Part shown: piece by piece, positions 61,430-64,000 of the stretch
How the letters are laid out: each line of letters begins with the position of its first letter
Numbering within the stretch: position 1 is the first letter of the stretch
Origin: Chiloscyllium plagiosum
Lineage: Eukaryota
Reading direction: 5' to 3'
Assembly (NCBI RefSeq): GCF_004010195.1
Contig: NC_057751.1
Span: forward strand, 4,720,161-4,784,160
Length of the DNA stretch: 64,000 nt
Made by a program: the position numbers and the translations under genes
The notes under the pieces: model-generated
Databases searched by the model: none
What the model saw: only the letters and a program-made list of their open reading frames with translations
What the model was told of the DNA's origin: nothing

Positions 61430-64000
61430 TGGAAAGGGTCAGGAATATAACTTCAGGTACAGGAGATAAGGAGACAATAATGAGCAAAAGGGCAGTCAAT
61501 GCAAGACTGGGTGTATTGAACAGAAATACACATGGCGTACAAAACAAGGGAAACAGACGGAAATTGGCAAGTGCAATGTTGTAAATATCACAGAGACAGG
61601 AGTGCAGATGGATCTGCGCTGGGAACGAAATAACCGAGGATACATGTCATATCAAAAGAACAGGGAGAAGGGTAGAGGGGACAGGGTTGCCTCATCAGAA
61701 AGAAAAGAAATTAAACCAACAGTAAGAAACCAAACAGTCAGAAAGCTGACAATCTGTGTGCTTCGAGTTGAGGAACAACAAAAGCAAGATCACCATAATA
61801 CAAGACAATGCATCCTGCAACTCCAAAGGAAGAAGCTGGAATCAGATGGAACAATATTACATTTGATAAAGGTAACTGCAAAGGCATGAGGGAGGGGAGC
61901 TGACCAAACTTGATTAGAAGGGGAATCTGCAGGAAAACATTGGAGTAGCAATGCTAAGAGTTTCTAGGGTAACTCAGAAGGCACAGCAGAAATTCATCTC
62001 AAGGAAGAAGCATACTAAGGGAAGGACAAGGTAACCACAGCTGACAAGGGAAGTCAGGGACAACATAAAAACCAAAAGAAAAACATGCAATGTGGTGAAG
62101 ATTTGTGGGAAGCTGGATGGTTAAGAAGCCCTTAAAAACCAGCAGAAGACAATTAAAAAAAAGCAACAGCAAGTGCAAGGGATGGTGAAATACGAGCAAA
62201 AGCTCACTAGTAAAATAAAATTGCAAGATTTTTTTTTAGTACGGACTGGATTAGGGAGCTGATGGTGAAGGAGCCCCGAGGGGACAATGACCAATAATAT
62301 GATCAAATTGACCCTGCAGTTTGGGAGAGAGAAGCTGGAATCAGATGGGACGGCATTACAGCTGAGTAAAGGAATGACAAGAACACCAGGGAATCAATTG
62401 GAAGGCGTGCCCCTGCAGGGAGGACATTGGAACAGCAATGCTACACATTTCCAGGGTAATACGGAAGGCACATCAGACCCATTCATCCCAAGGAACAGAC
62501 TCAGGGTAGGACGAGGCAACCATGGCTAATGAGGGAAGTCAGGGGACAAGATAAAAACCAAAAGAAAAACATGCAATCTGGTGAAAGTTAGTGGGAGGCA
62601 AAGGATTGAGAAGCCTTTAAAAGAATAGTTAGAAAGCACTAAGGGAAGAGAAGGTGAAATATGAGCATATGTTAGCTCATAATTCAAAAAAAAATTGTTT
62701 TTTTTAAATATTTAAAGGTAAGTGAGAGAGGCAAGAGGGGAGATTTTAACCACTGGAATTTGAGGCTATAGAAGCAGCAATGGGAAACAAAGGTGTGGCA
62801 GATGAATCGATTAGAAACTTGGCATCAATTTTCACAGTGGAAGACTCCAGCAGCATACCAGAACTTCAAGAGTCAGGGGGCAGAGCTGAGTGTTGTGGCC
62901 AGCACTAAGGTGGTGCTGGGGAACTGAAACTGAAGCTGGATAACTCACCAGTACAAGTTAGACCACGCCCCAGAGTTGTGAGGGAGATAGCGGAGGAGAT
63001 CGCAGAGACATTGGCGATGATTTTTCAGGAATCAATGGAGTCAGGGAGGGTCTCAGTGGAGTGGAAAATGGCCAATTTAAGACCCCTGTTTAAGAAGGGA
63101 GGGAAGCAGAAGATGGAAATTTATAGGCCAGTTAGCCTGACCTTGGTCATTGGGAAGATTTGAGAGTCCATTATTAAGGATGAGATTGCAGAGTTTTTGG
63201 AAATGCGTGGTAAAATATGGCTCCGCCATAAGGGGGCCATGCCTAACAAATTTGTTAGGAATTCTTTGGGGAGGTAACAAGCACTTTAATCAAAGGAGAA
63301 CCAGTAGATATATTTGAATTTCCCAAAGGCCTTTGACAAAGGGCTACCCAAAGGGCCCATGGCAGGAGGGGCAAGCACAGAAGACTGCCTGACTGGCAGA
63401 AGGCAGAGTGTGGAAATAAGAGTCTTTTTGAGGACAGCAGCCTGTGGCTAATGGATTTGCACAAGGGTCATGTGGGACAACTGTTCACATTATAATTTAC
63501 CGATCTGGGCCAAGGAACTGGTGGCATTGTTGCTATATTTGCAAATGACACAAACAGAGGTGAAGGGACAGATAGTGTTGAGGAAGCAGGGAGTCTGCAG
63601 AAGGATGTGAATGCCTCTGCAGAAGGCTCAGAGGGTGGGCAAAGATGTGGCAGATGATATACAATGTGGGAAAGTGCGAGGTTATGTAGTTTGGCAGGAA
63701 GAATAGAGGTGTAGACTATTTTCTAAATGGGGAAAGATTTCAAAAGTCTGAAGCACAAAGGGATTTTGGAGTCCTAGATCAGGCTGCAGGTTCAGCTGGC
63801 AGTTAGGAAAGCAAATGCAACGTTAGCATGCATTTCAAGAGAGGGAGAATACAAAAGCAGGGACATAGTGCTGAGACTGTATAAGGCTCTGGTCAAACCG
63901 CATTTTGTACATCATGAGCAGCTTTGAGTTCTGTGTTAGCATTGGAGGAGATCCAGAGGAAGTTTAGGAGAGTGATTCACAGTATGGAGGGTTTGTCATA
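61430..64000 (+). mobile_element. Long decayed CR1/HER1-type LINE ORF2 (EN to RT), runs off the window end
   Basis: ORF REIAEEIAETLAMIFQESMESGRVSVEWKMANLRPLFKKGGKQKMEIYRPVSLT; later tttgcaaatgacacaaa (FADDTK-like) and tggcagatg..tacaatgtgggaaagtg; many stops and frameshifts. Confidence 0.85.

Overview
Vertebrate genomic DNA, almost certainly from a shark (elasmobranch HE1 SINEs, HER1/CR1 LINEs, Deu-domain SINEs, Penelope-like elements); the species cannot be fixed from sequence alone. Two intact spliced protein-coding genes lie on the + strand. Stanniocalcin-1 (STC1) has 4 coding exons (2473-14547, 251 aa, all 11 family cysteines). An NK3 homeobox gene, most likely NKX3-1, has 2 exons (31708-34535, 198/199 aa, NAGNAG acceptor). 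The rest is largely decayed retroelements plus two N gaps. Main points of interest: (1) no NKX2-6 homeobox is visible in the 17 kb between STC1 and NKX3-1, where it sits in human; (2) at least three families of short, often palindromic, target-site-duplicated Penelope-like inserts carry minimal hammerhead-ribozyme motifs (CTGANGA-A-hairpin-GAAA-NNTC); (3) STC1 has furin-type sites on both sides of its core, predicting a released 31-aa C-terminal peptide; (4) a 31-bp minisatellite with repeated TACGTG (HIF-type) motifs lies in the NKX3-1 intron; (5) a CpG-retaining, exon-like orphan segment lies on the minus strand near 57.6-57.9 kb. All calls were read by eye with no database searches; repeat boundaries are approximate.
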